A stretch of DNA of 64,000 nt from Octopus sinensis. Its lineage: Eukaryota. Positions within the stretch are counted from its first letter, which is position 1. Every line of letters starts with the position of its first letter. Both the position numbers and the translations under genes were made by a program. The stretch covers positions 77,934,001-77,998,000 of the forward strand of contig NC_043008.1 in NCBI RefSeq assembly GCF_006345805.1, given 5' to 3'. Shown here in pieces: positions 1-13,147 of this stretch. The notes beneath the pieces are model-generated. The model was not told the origin of the DNA and searched no databases. It worked only from the letters and a program-made list of their open reading frames with translations.

Positions 1-90
1 TGCTGGCCTTATGCCAAAATTTGAAACCATTGTTATTATCGTTGTTGATTTATATGGGTCGTGTGTATAACTATATTTGCGTAAACTTAC

Positions 91-362
91 CTCTGCTGCA
101 AAATTGCTCCTCGCAACACCCAAACTTGGTGCAGGTCGCCAAACATCATTGGAAGGAATATAACGCTCCACAGTCGACATTCGATTGTTACCATCAAAGC
201 CACCCAGCGCATATATGGAATCTCGATAAGCAACGACACAGAAACCACTTCGAATACTTTCCATTGGCGCCACCATAGTCCATTGGTTTAAGTTAGGATT
301 GTAATATTCAGCTGATCGAAGAATTTCTTGACCATCAAATCCACCACATATGTAGATATTGT
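91..362 (-). CDS. KLHL10: KLHL10-like exon: Kelch repeats 4-5 and start of 6 (DNIYICGGFDGQEILRSAEYY...IYALGGFDGNNRMSTVERY...RSNFAAE); gene continues beyond the left edge
   Basis: Not in the ORF track; translated by hand. Acceptor TTTAG|AC at 363/362, donor GAG|GTAAGT at 91/90, open frame with two Kelch GG motifs. Confidence 0.92.
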
Positions 363-2164
363 CTAAAGCAAAAATAGAATAAAATAAGTAATTTTCTGTC
401 GGCAGACATATAAATGATTAAACAGCACAGGCTCGGGATGTGTGCATTTTGACGACTGAGACCTATTTGCTCTGGAAATTGCTGGAAAGACTTCTGACTA
501 TTATGAATTATCTATAAATTTGTTAGTAGGATACACTGGATAGTATGTAGGCGAACAACTTTTATATTCTTAGAAAAGTTATTCTCAATCGACAAACTGG
601 CAGATATCATATGACTGTGCTAAAAGAAAAATGCATGCCCCAGTTACGTTTTCAGTCACCTAACTTTTCTATGAACTATGAACTATGTCTCATTTACAAT
701 TAATTGAAAAAAGTTTAAAACTTTTAAGATCAAACTTTTTCAAACCCTTTGTGAAGGATTATAGATATGGTGAAAATAAATGTAGAATGCAGCACTACCC
801 AGCACCTAAGCTAGATTTCATCAGCAGTAATGACTTTCTTACACACTTAAACGGTAGTTTATGCGTTATTTTGAAGAATTCATCATCATATTTCCATCCC
901 TACAATTTTATCCAGAGAAAATCTTTCCACTCTTAAAAATCTGTGTGTGTGTGTGTGTACATGTGTGTGTGTGGATGTATGTACGTGCGTACTCACGTGT
1001 ATATTTGTGTGTGTACGCGCCCGTGTGTGATTAATCGATTATCTAGTCAATAACACATTGAGTAATTCATTTTCTGTTTCCAATGCAACAGATTCTCTTA
1101 AAGTCACTCATCTGCTGTATTTACCTTATTACGGCCTCACCGATGAAGTACACACACAAACACACGCACGCGCACACATGCATATATTGTTTACCACAGA
1201 TAATATATATGCATAAAACCGAAAATATTTGCGCTGACGATTAAGCCACACTTGAAGTCGTTTAAATTGAAATGGGACATCGTCTCCTGAGTCTACGCTT
1301 ATCATCTAATCAATGCATCCTCTGCTTGGCTGTCTCTTGAGACCGTGCGACGGAGACTCGTGCTCGCATATCAAGTATGCTCATTCTTTGTTCAGGTGTT
1401 GCTTGAGCTCGCTTCTGATGCATTGCGAGGGTCATTCTACTCAGTCACTCTTATGAAATTACTGATACACACACATACTCACACACACAAACACACACAC
1501 ACACACACAAATATATATACAAATATACTCACTCAGTAGGAGAGACATATATATACAGAGAAAAAGTGAGAGAGAGTGCGGTAAATATATACAGAGGGGA
1601 GAGTTTACAATGTGAAAAGCGTAAAAAACAGAGAAAGAAAGAGAGAGAAACAGACATATAGGTAGGTACATAGACAAAAGCATGACTACCTTGCATTACA
1701 TGTCATATCAATAGAGAGAGAAAGAGAGAGGAGCTTTGTGTATGAGAAATATACATCTACAGAGTGAGTGAGCGAGAGAGAGAGAGAGAGTAGTATATAT
1801 AGAGAGAAAGTGACAGATAAACAAATAGACAGATAGGAAGAATATACTTTTTCATTTCTAATAACCAAAAATTTTCTTCTTATGAAACACATTTCGAAAA
1901 CAAAATCTGCACTTCTCTAGGACGCACCTAGAAGAAGACTTTATAAAGAGATGAAAATGTGAGAGAGAATGAAATAATCTCGAACAACCAAAAGGAAAAA
2001 TTGATACAAGCTCTTAAGCCTCAACAAACAAGAACATCAGATCTATAAACAAACTGATGCTAAATGAATTTATGATAACATTTGTAGAGCGACTACTTGG
2101 AATCTGACGTCTTGCCACAGGCATTGATGTTAAAATATCTTGAGAAAGACTAGAAGACAATATA

Positions 2165-3378
2165 CAGGGCACGGGGAGTATTTGAGGACATTTACTAGTA
2201 AATAACTGTCTTTGAATTTCATCAAAACGTTTTATGTTTCATGGCAAATAAAATGAAAAGACATGCAGTCATTGTCGCCATATGTAAGGAATACAATGAT
2301 TTAGAAAATACCAACTTACTAAATGCGGCACGATCCTTTTTACGCAAGTTCGAATGGAACTGGAAGTCTCTGGCGAGAATATTAGAACTGTATCAAAGAG
2401 CGAAAAATATTCTAAACATTCGGGCATTATAAAGACCCCGCAATTCAATCAAAGGATTCAAAACATTTTCAATCATGTTTCCTGAAAATTAATGAGGGCC
2501 ATTGCCAAATAACTTCAGGCGTTGAAGTGAACTATGGGTGCATGAGGACATTCGATACAAGTGGTATGTATTGAGGAGAGGCCAGTTCATGTCTACAAGT
2601 TCATATCAAAGAAAAATCGTTTGATCCGTGCCAAAGGGTTACTTTATGAAGTAAAAAATCCAATGATTATGAAATGCTTTGATTCTCTAATAAGAAAAAC
2701 TTCGACCAAGACCCAAAGTCTATCAGATGGTTACGTGCATGTCCTTCTGATGTCTTCAAGTGAATGCGCACGAAATTTCCAGTAACTATAATGGTTATAG
2801 GAATGGTGAGTAATGAAGGTCCTGTTATATCATCATGCTAGCTTTGATTTTTCCACAGTATTGTTTAGAAATAATACTAGTGGCAGTGACGAGATGCTGG
2901 AGACAGTTGTTTAGCTGTGGATGGCTGAAGTACGTTTAGAAGGTCATTTGTGTTTCATGAAGACTCAGTACCTTCTCACAAAGCCCATAATTTTAAAAAT
3001 GGGTGCCAGGCAATCTCGACACTTATGTAACACCAAACCTGTGGGCTCCAAACGTACCAGTTTTAAATTCCATGGACTACTACGTCTGAAGAGTTGTAGA
3101 ATTGGAGACTAATACCTCACGATACAGCAGCTTCAGTGAAGACCGCCATTGTCCAGGCAATGCATGAAATGAATAAGAGGTATTAAGTTCAGGCTCATCA
3201 ATGATTCACATTGAAGTAGTTATCGAAGCTGAAGATGAATCCGAATAATAATTTTACAAAAAAAAGTTTATAGAGGAAGTGCATAATTTTTTATTAAAAT
3301 ACATTTGGCTTTTGTTAAATTTGAGTTCTTTTATCAAATTAACAAATATGTCCTCAAATATCTCTCATGTGCCTTTTG
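2165..3378 (+). mobile_element. Decayed Tc1/mariner-superfamily transposon, maT/DD37D-like
   Basis: Degenerate TIRs (GGCAC..AGTATTTGAGGACAT at ~2168-2190; inverse at ~3347-3373) and TA at the left end. Frameshifted transposase pieces MANKMKRHAVIVAI, NRLIRAKGLL, TKFPVTIMVIGMVSNEG, FHEDSVPSHKA. Confidence 0.7.
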
Positions 3379-3782
3379 TGTGTAACATTTTTATTATTAA
3401 GTGATTTTAGAATGGAGAAGAACGAATAGGACAGACTCATAAATGTTAAATGATTTTAAAATGGACGAATTCATACATTAAATTAATGTATTGCAACTTT
3501 ATTTCATAAAATTGAGGCAAAGTCAAATTTTCGTACTCAAAAGGAATACTTTCATTGACATCAGTCTTTTGGTGACTATATACTATTTTATTAGTTCTAT
3601 CCATTGAGTATGTTGTATTTTATATAGAAACCAGCCAAATCTGACACTGCTCTGTTATTGATTCCCAAGCTTCAATTCGACGCATACATCAATTAGTATT
3701 CATTTTCAATAACATCTCGTTAATCACACATTTCTGTAAACTGAACGATAAATTCACTTTCGTTGTAAATTTTCCCGCTTAC

Positions 3783-3952
3783 CTTTTAATGTTGCAGCGC
3801 TGGCATCACTTCGATGTCGATTCATTGGTTCTATAAGACTCCATTGGTTTTTAAACTTATTGTAGCGTTCCACACTCTTTTGACGTAAGTTCCCGTCGGA
3901 ACCACCCATTGCGTAAATATGTCGACCAAGTACAGCAACACTGACATAACAT
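3783..3952 (-). CDS. KLHL10: KLHL10-like exon: Kelch repeat 3 (CYVSVAVLGRHIYAMGGSDGNLRQKSVERY...RSDASAATLK)
   Basis: Acceptor TTTGTAG|A at 3953/3952 and donor G|GTAAGC at 3783/3782; 170 nt; phase 2 in, phase 1 out, consistent with flanking exons. Confidence 0.93.
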
Positions 3953-4725
3953 CTACAAAGAAAAAGTTTCATTAGTTATATCAGTTCGTATAATGTTGAT
4001 AAGTATCAAGGATAAACATGAACAGACACACTATCAAATTTGAAAGGAAAAAGGAGCTAAATACTGTATGGTGAGTGTTCACGCACTCGTATAGCAAGGA
4101 AGGACATGTGATTCGTACTTTGTCGTCAGTCGATCATCGATCTTTTAGTGATTAGCTGGTTATTAAATCACTTAGAAATTGGGAAAGTACAGTACACATG
4201 CCTTTTGCAATCGACCTCAGCGAAAACATGATGTGGAAGTGAGAGTGAAATAAGTGGCAAGTAAAGAGAATTCATTTTTTCTGAGGCGAGAAATTTGAAG
4301 TGAGAAGTAAACAGAAGTGACAAATAAAGGAGAGATGCTTTGGGTTGAAGTTAGTTTTAGAAGATTGATACCAGTTAATTCATAACTGTAATAGGGCGGG
4401 AAGAGGAGGAGGGTGTATACTTAGTGCGTCTGTGAGTTGTGGCTGTACATTATTTCTGCATTATTCATTGCCCGTCACTCAAATGAAGTTTTATTTATTT
4501 ACATATTTATATATTTATTGTATGACTACTTTAAGATCTTCAAAATGAAACGTTTCATTTATATAATTTTTTTAACACGATTATATTTCTTTTCTTTGTT
4601 TCTTACGTACGAGATAAGTTTCTCCAGTATCTCTCAATTCAGTGCCACACTGTTATAATTACATTTTACTTCCTACCTTTCTAAAGCTTAGGTTGATTGA
4701 TACCACTCTTTCGGTGTATTGGTTA

Positions 4726-5819
4726 CTAGCAGTATCACCCGGTGTTGCTTGGGTTTGTTTCGACCCTTTAGAATTGGAATTTTTGAAAAGTAAAAATTTT
4801 GCATTATGCAACTTGTTATTCTCTTCAAGTGAACATTTTTTCAGTTGAAATACACCGAAAAATGGTGACACAGCTGTCAAAAATCGTAAATAATAGGGAT
4901 TTTCATAGAAAAAAGCACCTTTTTGATGTAAATAATTTTTGGTGTTAACATTGTCCGATTTGAATTTTATCTTCTGCAGAATGAAGAGTAAGTCTTCTTC
5001 TATCATACTCTCAATTTTGGTCAACTTGCACAGCAAGGTCTCGAAGGAGATAGTGTTAGTTGAAGGCTACCAAACCTGCCGTACACAGACAACTTTAGCT
5101 TTATATATAGATTTGCTACACACTACTTTCCATCCTTAACAATGAAACTTGGTAGATCCAAAAGTTAAACACACAGACACACACACAGATACACACACAG
5201 ACACACAAGTTGAGTTTTATATATATAGATTACTCAATGCGGATTTCAGGGGAGAGTTTCAGGGAGTCGCTGGCGATGTATCGTGATGATCAAAAATCCG
5301 GCCTGCTAAAATTTGGTTAAAGTGATTCAAACTGCAGACTCAACGCAAAATGGTCACATTTAATTCAAAGCGTTAAAAATGTTATGAAAACAATTGGTAT
5401 GTGTTCACAAAGTCCAAACGATTAATACGAAAAAAACCTTCAGGCTACATCCCGAAAATTCATTTCTTTGCCGAATTTCTACAATGTTTACGGCGATTCG
5501 TTTTTATATCTTGATTTTTTATTTTTCATGCAATTTTCGCATGCTTGTATGGGTGGTGAACACAGTACACGTCAAACATCTTACTGAGTAAAGTTCACTA
5601 TTCAATGGATGGGATAAGGCCTAAACAAACACATCGATTTTTGCACTTGCGAGATGAATTTCGGAACAGAAATAGCGCAGTTCAATTTTCATTCTCCTAA
5701 ACTTTAAGTGACCCATTTTTTGTGGTTCTACGATTTGTTGGCTAGGAGGAGATGTGCCGGGAAGTTACACACACAGAGATACACACACAGACACACAAGT
5801 TGAGTTTTATATATATAGA
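4726..5819 (-). mobile_element. Compound non-autonomous Helitron: three 5' ends (5819, 5229, 5111) sharing one 3' end, in a KLHL10 intron
   Basis: Minus strand has repeated A|TCTATATATA(TA)AA starts and a single terminus AACCCAAGCAACACCGGGTGATACTGCTAG|T (hairpin plus CTAG), the same terminus family as 42070-42098. Confidence 0.7.
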
Positions 5820-6449
5820 TATCATATATAGAGATCATATACAGAGATATGGAGGATTTGATACACAGCTAATATACAATATCAGAAACTTAATTCTGAG
5901 TTTATATTTGTTCTTGCTTGAAACCTCACCGTATTTGAATTTCTTTTTTCCTTTTATCCTAAGTCGGTAAAATAAGTTCTGGAATCTGGAGATGGAGTTA
6001 TTAGTTTGGTCTGGAGGGTATTTCGCTGGTCTTCCAAGACCAGTGCAATCAATGTGTGTGTCATCTTCAACAGGAAAACACAGAGGAATAATTCCAGAAC
6101 GTTGATTTCGCAGAAAGTAAAGGAATGGAAGAATTCGTAGACATAGGGCCCAGGGAGGCACACAGAGTGGGTCATGAAACAAACAAAGTCACTCTAGTAG
6201 CGGATAGCAGTAGAAAAGGCAAAAAGAAGAGTGTTGGTAATTAATTTCATTTTAATTTGCTGAATTTGATACTGTCTGTGATGTCAGTGTGTGTAGTATC
6301 AGTACTATTCCATATGTGGGAGCAATAATGTTTTCATCTCGGGTTTCACTGTGCGTAATATCACTAGCGTTCATTTCACTGAGGGTCTCTATGTATACAA
6401 CAGAACAGTCCCAGATGTTAGAGCAATGCTCTATTATGGGTCACTCTTG

Positions 6450-6845
6450 AGCTTTGTTATTTATTTTATTATATTTCTGATTATGAGGTTGAAGTTTTTG
6501 AAAATTGATATTAGGGGAATTAGGGATTTAAAAAAAAAATAAAGTATCTAGAATTTTGGTTTTATTAAGATTTTGATATTATCTAGATATAAATCAGTAA
6601 AAAGAATAAATGATAAAGTGAGTTTTTTTTCTTCCTGTGATTTAGTACTTTGTTTTGTGGTAGATTTTTGGGGCTTTTTTTAGCGGTAAACTTATTAATA
6701 TTTTTGTATTTTGAAATTTCGTTGATTCCTACGTTATTATTTATTTTAAGTTGGGGTTATCAACATGAGCAGTTAAAAGCTGGTATGTATATAATAATAT
6801 ATATAGTTAGTGCTCCTTACTTTTATTATTGTTATTATTGCAGTT
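6450..6845 (+). pseudogene. nad4: Degraded NUMT of mitochondrial nad4
   Basis: Translation YFEISLIPTLLFILSWGYQHEQLKAGMYIIIYIVSA matches the ND4 motif FE.SLIPT..LILGWGYQPERLQAG.Y; upstream ILVLLSFW-like segment; T/G-rich composition and frameshifts. Confidence 0.75.
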
Positions 6846-7444
6846 GATTGTATTTCTGCTCAGAGAAGGACAGCAGTATTTTCATGTAAGAAATGTATAT
6901 AATATCTCAGAATTTTAACCATGAAAATATCTTTTACTCTGTCTCAAAAAGAAAACATGGCGAATACTTGATTCCTGATCTGTATGACCATTAACTCTTT
7001 TGTAGCGTTGCATGTGTGAAATGCAGTTAAAATTCATTCAAATGCAATCTTCAGCTACAACTTTTCTTGCTGATATGCAAGCAAATTTTCTTCCAAGAGT
7101 TGGCCATTTAAATATCTTTTGAACAAATGGTGCTCAAGTTCCGTTTATCAATGTACAAAATGGAGTTTAAGTCTCAAGCAATGGGGCGCCTCTTGTAATA
7201 TCCAGTACTGGAGAAACCCTGCTTCTCTGTAGATATTGATGGGAATAATTCTAACACATGATGATGTAATATTTAAGCAGTAATTACATCGATAAATCTA
7301 TATTAGTAATATTTGTTATAATTCTATGGATAAGAATAATTGTAGAGATATTATTTGAAAATATTTGTAACATGTTTAAGATACTTGAAATATATGAACT
7401 CATTGTATCATGATGGTATTTATCAATTGTATTATAAAGCTTAC

Positions 7445-7592
7445 CTCTTGTAGTACATTGGTGCTATCTCTGACCAAATTTGTAAGACAGGGTCAAAGCA
7501 GCGAACACTGTTGAAGTAGTCGATTCCATCAAAACCACCAATAATATAGATAAGACCGTCGAGTATGCATGTTCCATGATAAGCACGATAAT
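7445..7592 (-). CDS. KLHL10: KLHL10-like exon: Kelch repeat 2 (DYRAYHGTCILDGLIYIIGGFDGIDYFNSVRCFDPVLQIWSEIAPMYYKR)
   Basis: Acceptor TTTCAG|AT at 7593/7592 and donor AG|GTAAGC at 7445/7444; 148 nt; phases match both neighbours; Kelch GG and W motifs present. Confidence 0.93.
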
Positions 7593-7649
7593 CTGAAATT
7601 CCAGATGTAATACATACGTACACACACACATGATATATAATATGATATG

Positions 7650-7695
<46 letters not shown>

Positions 7696-7768
7696 CATAC
7701 ACATGTATGTATATATGTATGTAGGTAGACAAGCAGGCAGGCAGGCATGTATTATGCATGTATATATG

Positions 7769-7819
<51 letters not shown>

Positions 7820-9297
7820 TTGTGTTTGTCACAGTGTAATGATAAAACTTGGCTACCAGTAACATATGTTTAAGTTTTATCCAACCAAAATATATAAAAA
7901 AATTGTAGGTGTTTTCTCCATTAAGGGAAACAAATAAAACGTGGTAGTTGGGGTTTGATGACAAGGTTAATATATAGTAAGCGTCCGGTTGTATATCAAT
8001 GAAGTAATAAACCTATGGTTGAGCCTGGTGACCTTATATATTATAACAGAGTAGTAGGAGACAGCGAATGTTATAAACATCACGTGAAATCAGGACAGTG
8101 AGTGAGGAATAATACTGGAACAGTAATTCTGCAACGCAAAATAGTTAAGGCATTATCCCAGTGGAACTCCTTGTAAACAACCGGAAAACTATATATTCAG
8201 CTGACGTTACAATTTATCAAACTTATTTGCTTAGTGGTATTTATATATACATAAATACATACATATATACATACACACATACTCACACACACATATGCAT
8301 ATATATACACATACATACATATGTGTGTATATATATATGTGTGTGTGTATGTAAGTATGTATGTATTATTATCATTATAACTACTTATTCAGTATTTAAG
8401 TTATCAGCACAACAACCTTTCAATTTCCATGCGTAAATGGAAAGAGCTGTAGTATATTATTTTCATTTCGGAAAGAGCATGATTCAAGCAGCAATTCTTG
8501 ACAATATAGTGCTTAGTCATAATCATCTCAGTAGAAGTCAGTCGTGCTAACTCTATATATGAAAATTTTTGATAATAACTGTCACAAGTGCAAAATTCTT
8601 ATTTTCTTTTCACGACAAATACATATTTCAATTTCTGCTCTCGTTAGTTAAAATCTAAAAGCTACGCAAAATTATGTGTATTACAAAATTTTCAGAATCT
8701 GTGCACGATAGGAAAGTGTTTATTAAAAAAAGAAGTGCTAAAATGTATCTCTCTATAGACTTGATACTCAAAGAAAATAAAAGCGGGCGAGTTTTAAGCC
8801 AAATCATAAATATTTTCTTTACTTGTTGGAAAATTGTGGTTGTCTAAGTATGAAATGTATGTTGTCTTTGAGACTAATATTTTCTAATGCGTTATCATAA
8901 TTTACCAATATAATAAGCAAAATCCCCGATCGTATAAAATACATTAGAATTTGGCCGTGATAATATCCAACGCCCAGGTGCCCTTCCAAGAATACTCCTT
9001 TTTGGCGAATACTGACTCCTGATCAGTATGCTCTCATATTTCTTTAGAGAAATATCATTAGGTATTATCATTACGTTCTCCTTGACATGAATTTAATTTA
9101 TTGTTTAATAGAAGGAATACCTAACAGGTTGCTTGGATTTTGACAGTAAAGTTAAACTAAAGTCGTAGTCTCAATTTTAAATATTGTATTATAATAAATA
9201 TTTACTCCACAAAAGATATCTAGTACATGATTTAAGTATTATAATATATTCTCTGCATGACTCTTTATTCTGTTCGTAATGACACTATGAAAGATCA

Positions 9298-9331
<34 letters not shown>

Positions 9332-9718
9332 GAGTGATAGAGCAGTGCATGCCAACAAAGTGACACTGGGTAAAATATACGAAGTCCAGTATACCCATCA
9401 TGACTACCCGTCTGATAAGGGCACACCAGGCACATGCATCACAACCATATGTGCACGACATGGTGATCTCATATCACGATAAACAGCACATGACCTTCCA
9501 GGTGGGGCCCAGTTAGAATTTTCTTCTGGTCGAGTAACCCGAATAAGGGTTGCTTAGGTTAAACAACTGACAAGCAAATCTGTGGTATTGAGCAGAATAT
9601 TTGCTTTAGCCCATCTTTTATACCAAGACAAAACAATGTACATGATAACACTTCCAGTCAGTTAAGATCAGAAGCCATGAGAGCCACTGTCTGGTATTGG
9701 ATCAGGGCAATGCCACTG

Positions 9719-9719
<1 letters not shown>
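9332..9719. mobile_element. Non-coding interspersed repeat embedded in (ATT)n on both sides, internally deleted copy
   Basis: Reverse complement of 46239-46774 lacking two internal segments; both copies are flanked by ATT/AAT arrays. Confidence 0.7.
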
Positions 9720-9805
<86 letters not shown>

Positions 9806-9835
9806 TATTATTACGATTATTACTATTATTATTAC

Positions 9836-9898
<63 letters not shown>

Positions 9899-9910
9899 TA
9901 CTATTATTAT
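9720..9910. repeat. (TAT)n/(TAC) microsatellite
   Basis: Directly visible; it produces the poly-I/L/Y ORFs in the track. Confidence 0.95.
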
Positions 9911-11491
9911 GCGATGCGCGTATTTATCTTTATGGACACACATATCAATTATATATGTATGAATAAATTCATACATATATACATACACACATACATGTAT
10001 ACAATGAGCATCTAACTTTAAAATATGTAGCCACACTTTGATATGTGTAAAAGTAAATGGGTCTTCAATATTTCGAAGTGAACTACATGCTTCTTAAATT
10101 TGCATATGAATGACTAAGTAATTCCTAGACAGATGAACACATAAAGTAATTCCTAAGCAGAACCAGTGAGACAAGACAAAGCCTTTGAACTAGATGGACA
10201 ATCTATTCAATGGGCTTCCACATAGTTTTCATCCAGCTAATTTCCTTCCCGGTTTGGATCAAAAAGACACCTGCCAATGATGCCACGGCGTTTGATCAAA
10301 CTTGGAACCAAATGATTGCAGTTGTACTGAATGCTGTAGATATTCATAGTTCATTCACATGCGCATGTTCCCAGATGCACAGTCATATAATTCCAGTCAT
10401 GCGATGTCCCTTTAACACGATCCTTCAGTGTTCCAAATACACATAACCCTAGTCACACAGAGTGTTCCATTAAGTGGGGAGTAAAGTAAACAAAGCAAGA
10501 ACAAATCGGAGAAAAGTTGCTCAACTACCAATGAGAAAAGTTCATCATTGACCAACCAACGACATCTGTTATTTTGCTGTAGTGGTTTCTACCGGCAGCC
10601 AACTATTTACTACTTTACAAAAACACCTATCCAATCCGGACGTTCAACATTCCCTCAGTCCACAGTGCACAGCCGTACAAATCACATAGTCGAATCATTT
10701 TTCTTTTAATTACAACTCACTTGATCCAGTCTATGTCTAATGTGTTCTCCAAGCAAGTCTACAGCTAGTTTGTTTTCTGTATGACATCATTATTTCATAG
10801 TAACATCACTCAGTTATTATATGGTGTTCCCCTTCCTTTGATATATCTACCCCACCCCAACTTATGCTATATTATTGGGAGCAAAGAGGATATTAAATTT
10901 TGAATTATAAGCTCAATATGGACGCAGTTATGTAAACTACATTTACTAGAGCTACAATAATGCATTTACTACGACGACATTGGTTTATTTTAGGAAGTTA
11001 TTCGTTTCCTGCAAAAACACTTATGGTATCAAAACAGTTTGGTGTTCACTGCGTATAAAGACACTGTTATGTGTTTAGAGCTAATTTTTGTCTAGAAAGT
11101 TATGTAGAAATGGGCTTACTGTATATAAGGTTATGGGTTAGCTACATTTAGTGCAAACATTGTTATGTGTTTACCATGGATAGACAATGGCGACATTACT
11201 GTTTGCCACGGATACAGAGCTATATGCTTACCATGAACGTAGGACTGTGTATTTCTTAGCATGGTTTCTAGAGACACAGCACAGTAACAGACATCAAACA
11301 ATTATTTGCAACTCTCTGTCCATGAAATAGTAACTTAACGTTTAAAACTAAATGTTAATTCTTGTAATATTTCGCAATTCAGCTATAATTCTAGGACAAT
11401 CCCATGGACCGTCGAGGTTTGTTGTTCCTCTTATAAACACCAAAAATAAAAATCAACCAAACCCCTTGCTGTCTAACTGCTGAATACAAAC

Positions 11492-12460
11492 CAGATTTTA
11501 CACTTCTACTTCTAATCCAGCGATCTGCTCGTGGATTGTAAACTTCAACAGTATTTGTAGGACTGCTGCCACTCCAACCACTGATAGCGAAGAGAATCTC
11601 ATGTGGCATACGGGGCCTTGACATAAGGTTGTCTTGTTCATTGTGTACCCGTCCCATGTCAAGATCAAAGAGTAAATTTAAGGTTTCTAACACAAAATTC
11701 TTGCATTCTTCATCAACTCGTAAGTATTCATGATTCTTTACAGTCAGAAGAAAATACTGCGTCGATAACAAACCAAAACGAACATATCGCATCAACTTAA
11801 TGATATGAGATTTTCTTTCGTCCGGATTATGATTAATCCATCGAATAATGGCTTCAAATGCAATCTCTTCCGATTTCAGATTTAATTCATCTGCTTTAAT
11901 GATTTCACAAACATCTTCTAGATTTAATTCTAGAAAGTCTTCGGATACCTTGTAAACTTCAGCAAAATTTTGTAAAATGAATTTGTGTGCGGCATTAATG
12001 AGTTTAGAACAGAAATACTTTTGAGAAAACTTCTTAATACTAATGCAATTATATGGAGAAAGTTCAGAAAGAATGAATTCAGAACACGTCTTTTGTAATC
12101 CAGAGATTTGAAAAAAATCAGCAGCAACCAATATATCTTTGACATTTTCACTTGTTATTTGGCATGTTTGGGTGTAAGCATACTCAATTATATGGCGCAT
12201 ATTTTCGGAAGAAATGTCTGTAATAGTGACTTCCTTGCGATTGGTGTCGAAATTTTCATTGGTAAAAAGTGCCCGGAAGTAAGGACTACAAGCCGATAAT
12301 ATGGCGCGATGGATATATATTGATTCTCCGATTACTTTTATTACACCATCACAAAGTTGTCCTGATTCCCGAAGTTCTACAAGGACGTGCCGTGTTTCAG
12401 AAAACATTTCTTTCTGCAGCTGATTGTTTGACTTTCTGAGTGAACTCTTGGAATTCATCA
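11492..12460 (-). CDS. KLHL10: KLHL10-like exon: BTB + BACK + first Kelch repeat
   Basis: ORF 11391..12461 encodes LRESGQLCD...HRAILSACSPYFRALF (BTB), a BACK region, and RPRMPHEILFAISGWSGSSPTNTVEVYNPRADRW, matching KLHL10-type RPRxP..ILFAIGGWSGGSPTN...DRW. The donor G|GTTTGT at 11492/11491 gives the phase and spacing needed to join the next exon. Confidence 0.9.
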
Positions 12461-12552
12461 CTGCAATTTCAACTTTAAAAGTAACCTTTTTACTTTACCT
12501 CTATTGAAAATAATAATATTATCTCGCTTTGTTATTTTGATTTCAATTTTAC

Positions 12553-12580
12553 CTGAGAAATAACGCCTTATAGTTGACAT
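12553..12580 (-). CDS. KLHL10: Putative first coding exon of KLHL10-like gene (MSTIRRYFS+G)
   Basis: ATG at 12580, then 28 nt ending in a CAG|GTAAAA donor. It splices in frame (phase 1) across a 92-nt intron to the TTGCAG|TG acceptor at 12461. Inferred from splice signals only; translation could instead start at the ATG at 12458. Confidence 0.5.
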
Positions 12581-12611
12581 GAATTCCCCAACTGTTCGTC
12601 ATAAGTCTTAA

Positions 12612-12619
12612 TGACGTCA
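12612..12619. promoter_or_regulatory. Perfect CRE palindrome TGACGTCA upstream of KLHL10-like start
   Basis: Exact 8-bp CREB/CREM consensus about 32 bp upstream of the inferred ATG at 12580. Function is inferred. Confidence 0.45.
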
Positions 12620-13073
12620 GTGTGCGAATTAGATTTATCTTGCAGTAAAGATGCAACTTATAGACATGTTACAAATATTTACAGAAAGATACAATCAAAC
12701 TATATGTAACGTTTACACATACATAGTATTGGTACATAGACAACACTAGAAAATTGTAAATTCACTCCACGATAAACAAAATTGCTTGATGACATCTAAC
12801 TATATTTTATATATAGCTTCGATTTTAAAACAAAGAAAAATAATAGACACTGAAAAGATACTACAAATAATCATAAATTAATGAATGTCGCAAAGAAACT
12901 GAAAGGAGCAGAAAACATCAAGATGGGCATGCATATAATTTTCTACAGGGTTATTGATAGATAGTACATTTCTGCACAAAAATGTGATACACACATATGT
13001 ATGTATATATGCATATAGATAGATACATACATATAATATATATACATATATAGCTACATATACATGCACACAG

Positions 13074-13146
<73 letters not shown>

Positions 13147-13147
<1 letters not shown>

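Noticed and set aside
21-278. 85-aa plus-strand ORF
   Set aside because: Antisense shadow of the KLHL10 Kelch exon at 91-362.
1230-1286. CTGACGA...GAAATGGGACATC hammerhead-like string
   Set aside because: Helix I does not pair and helix II is weak.
4659-5036. 125-aa minus-strand ORF
   Set aside because: Lies inside a non-autonomous Helitron, runs through its 3' hairpin, and has no recognisable domain.
6958-9030. ~30-bp motif TGGCGAATACT..TCCTGATC.GTATG repeated at ~6958 and ~9003 in two introns
   Set aside because: Flanks also show faint similarity, so most likely remnants of an old repeat rather than a regulatory element.
9677-10036. Poly-I/L/Y ORFs, and the many IYIY/HTHT/CVCV ORFs throughout the track
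   Set aside because: Translations of TAT, TA, CA and TACA microsatellites; no coding signal.
10200-10460. Possible SWIM-like CxC..CxH remnant on the minus strand
   Set aside because: Stops and weak similarity; cannot support a MULE transposase call without a search.
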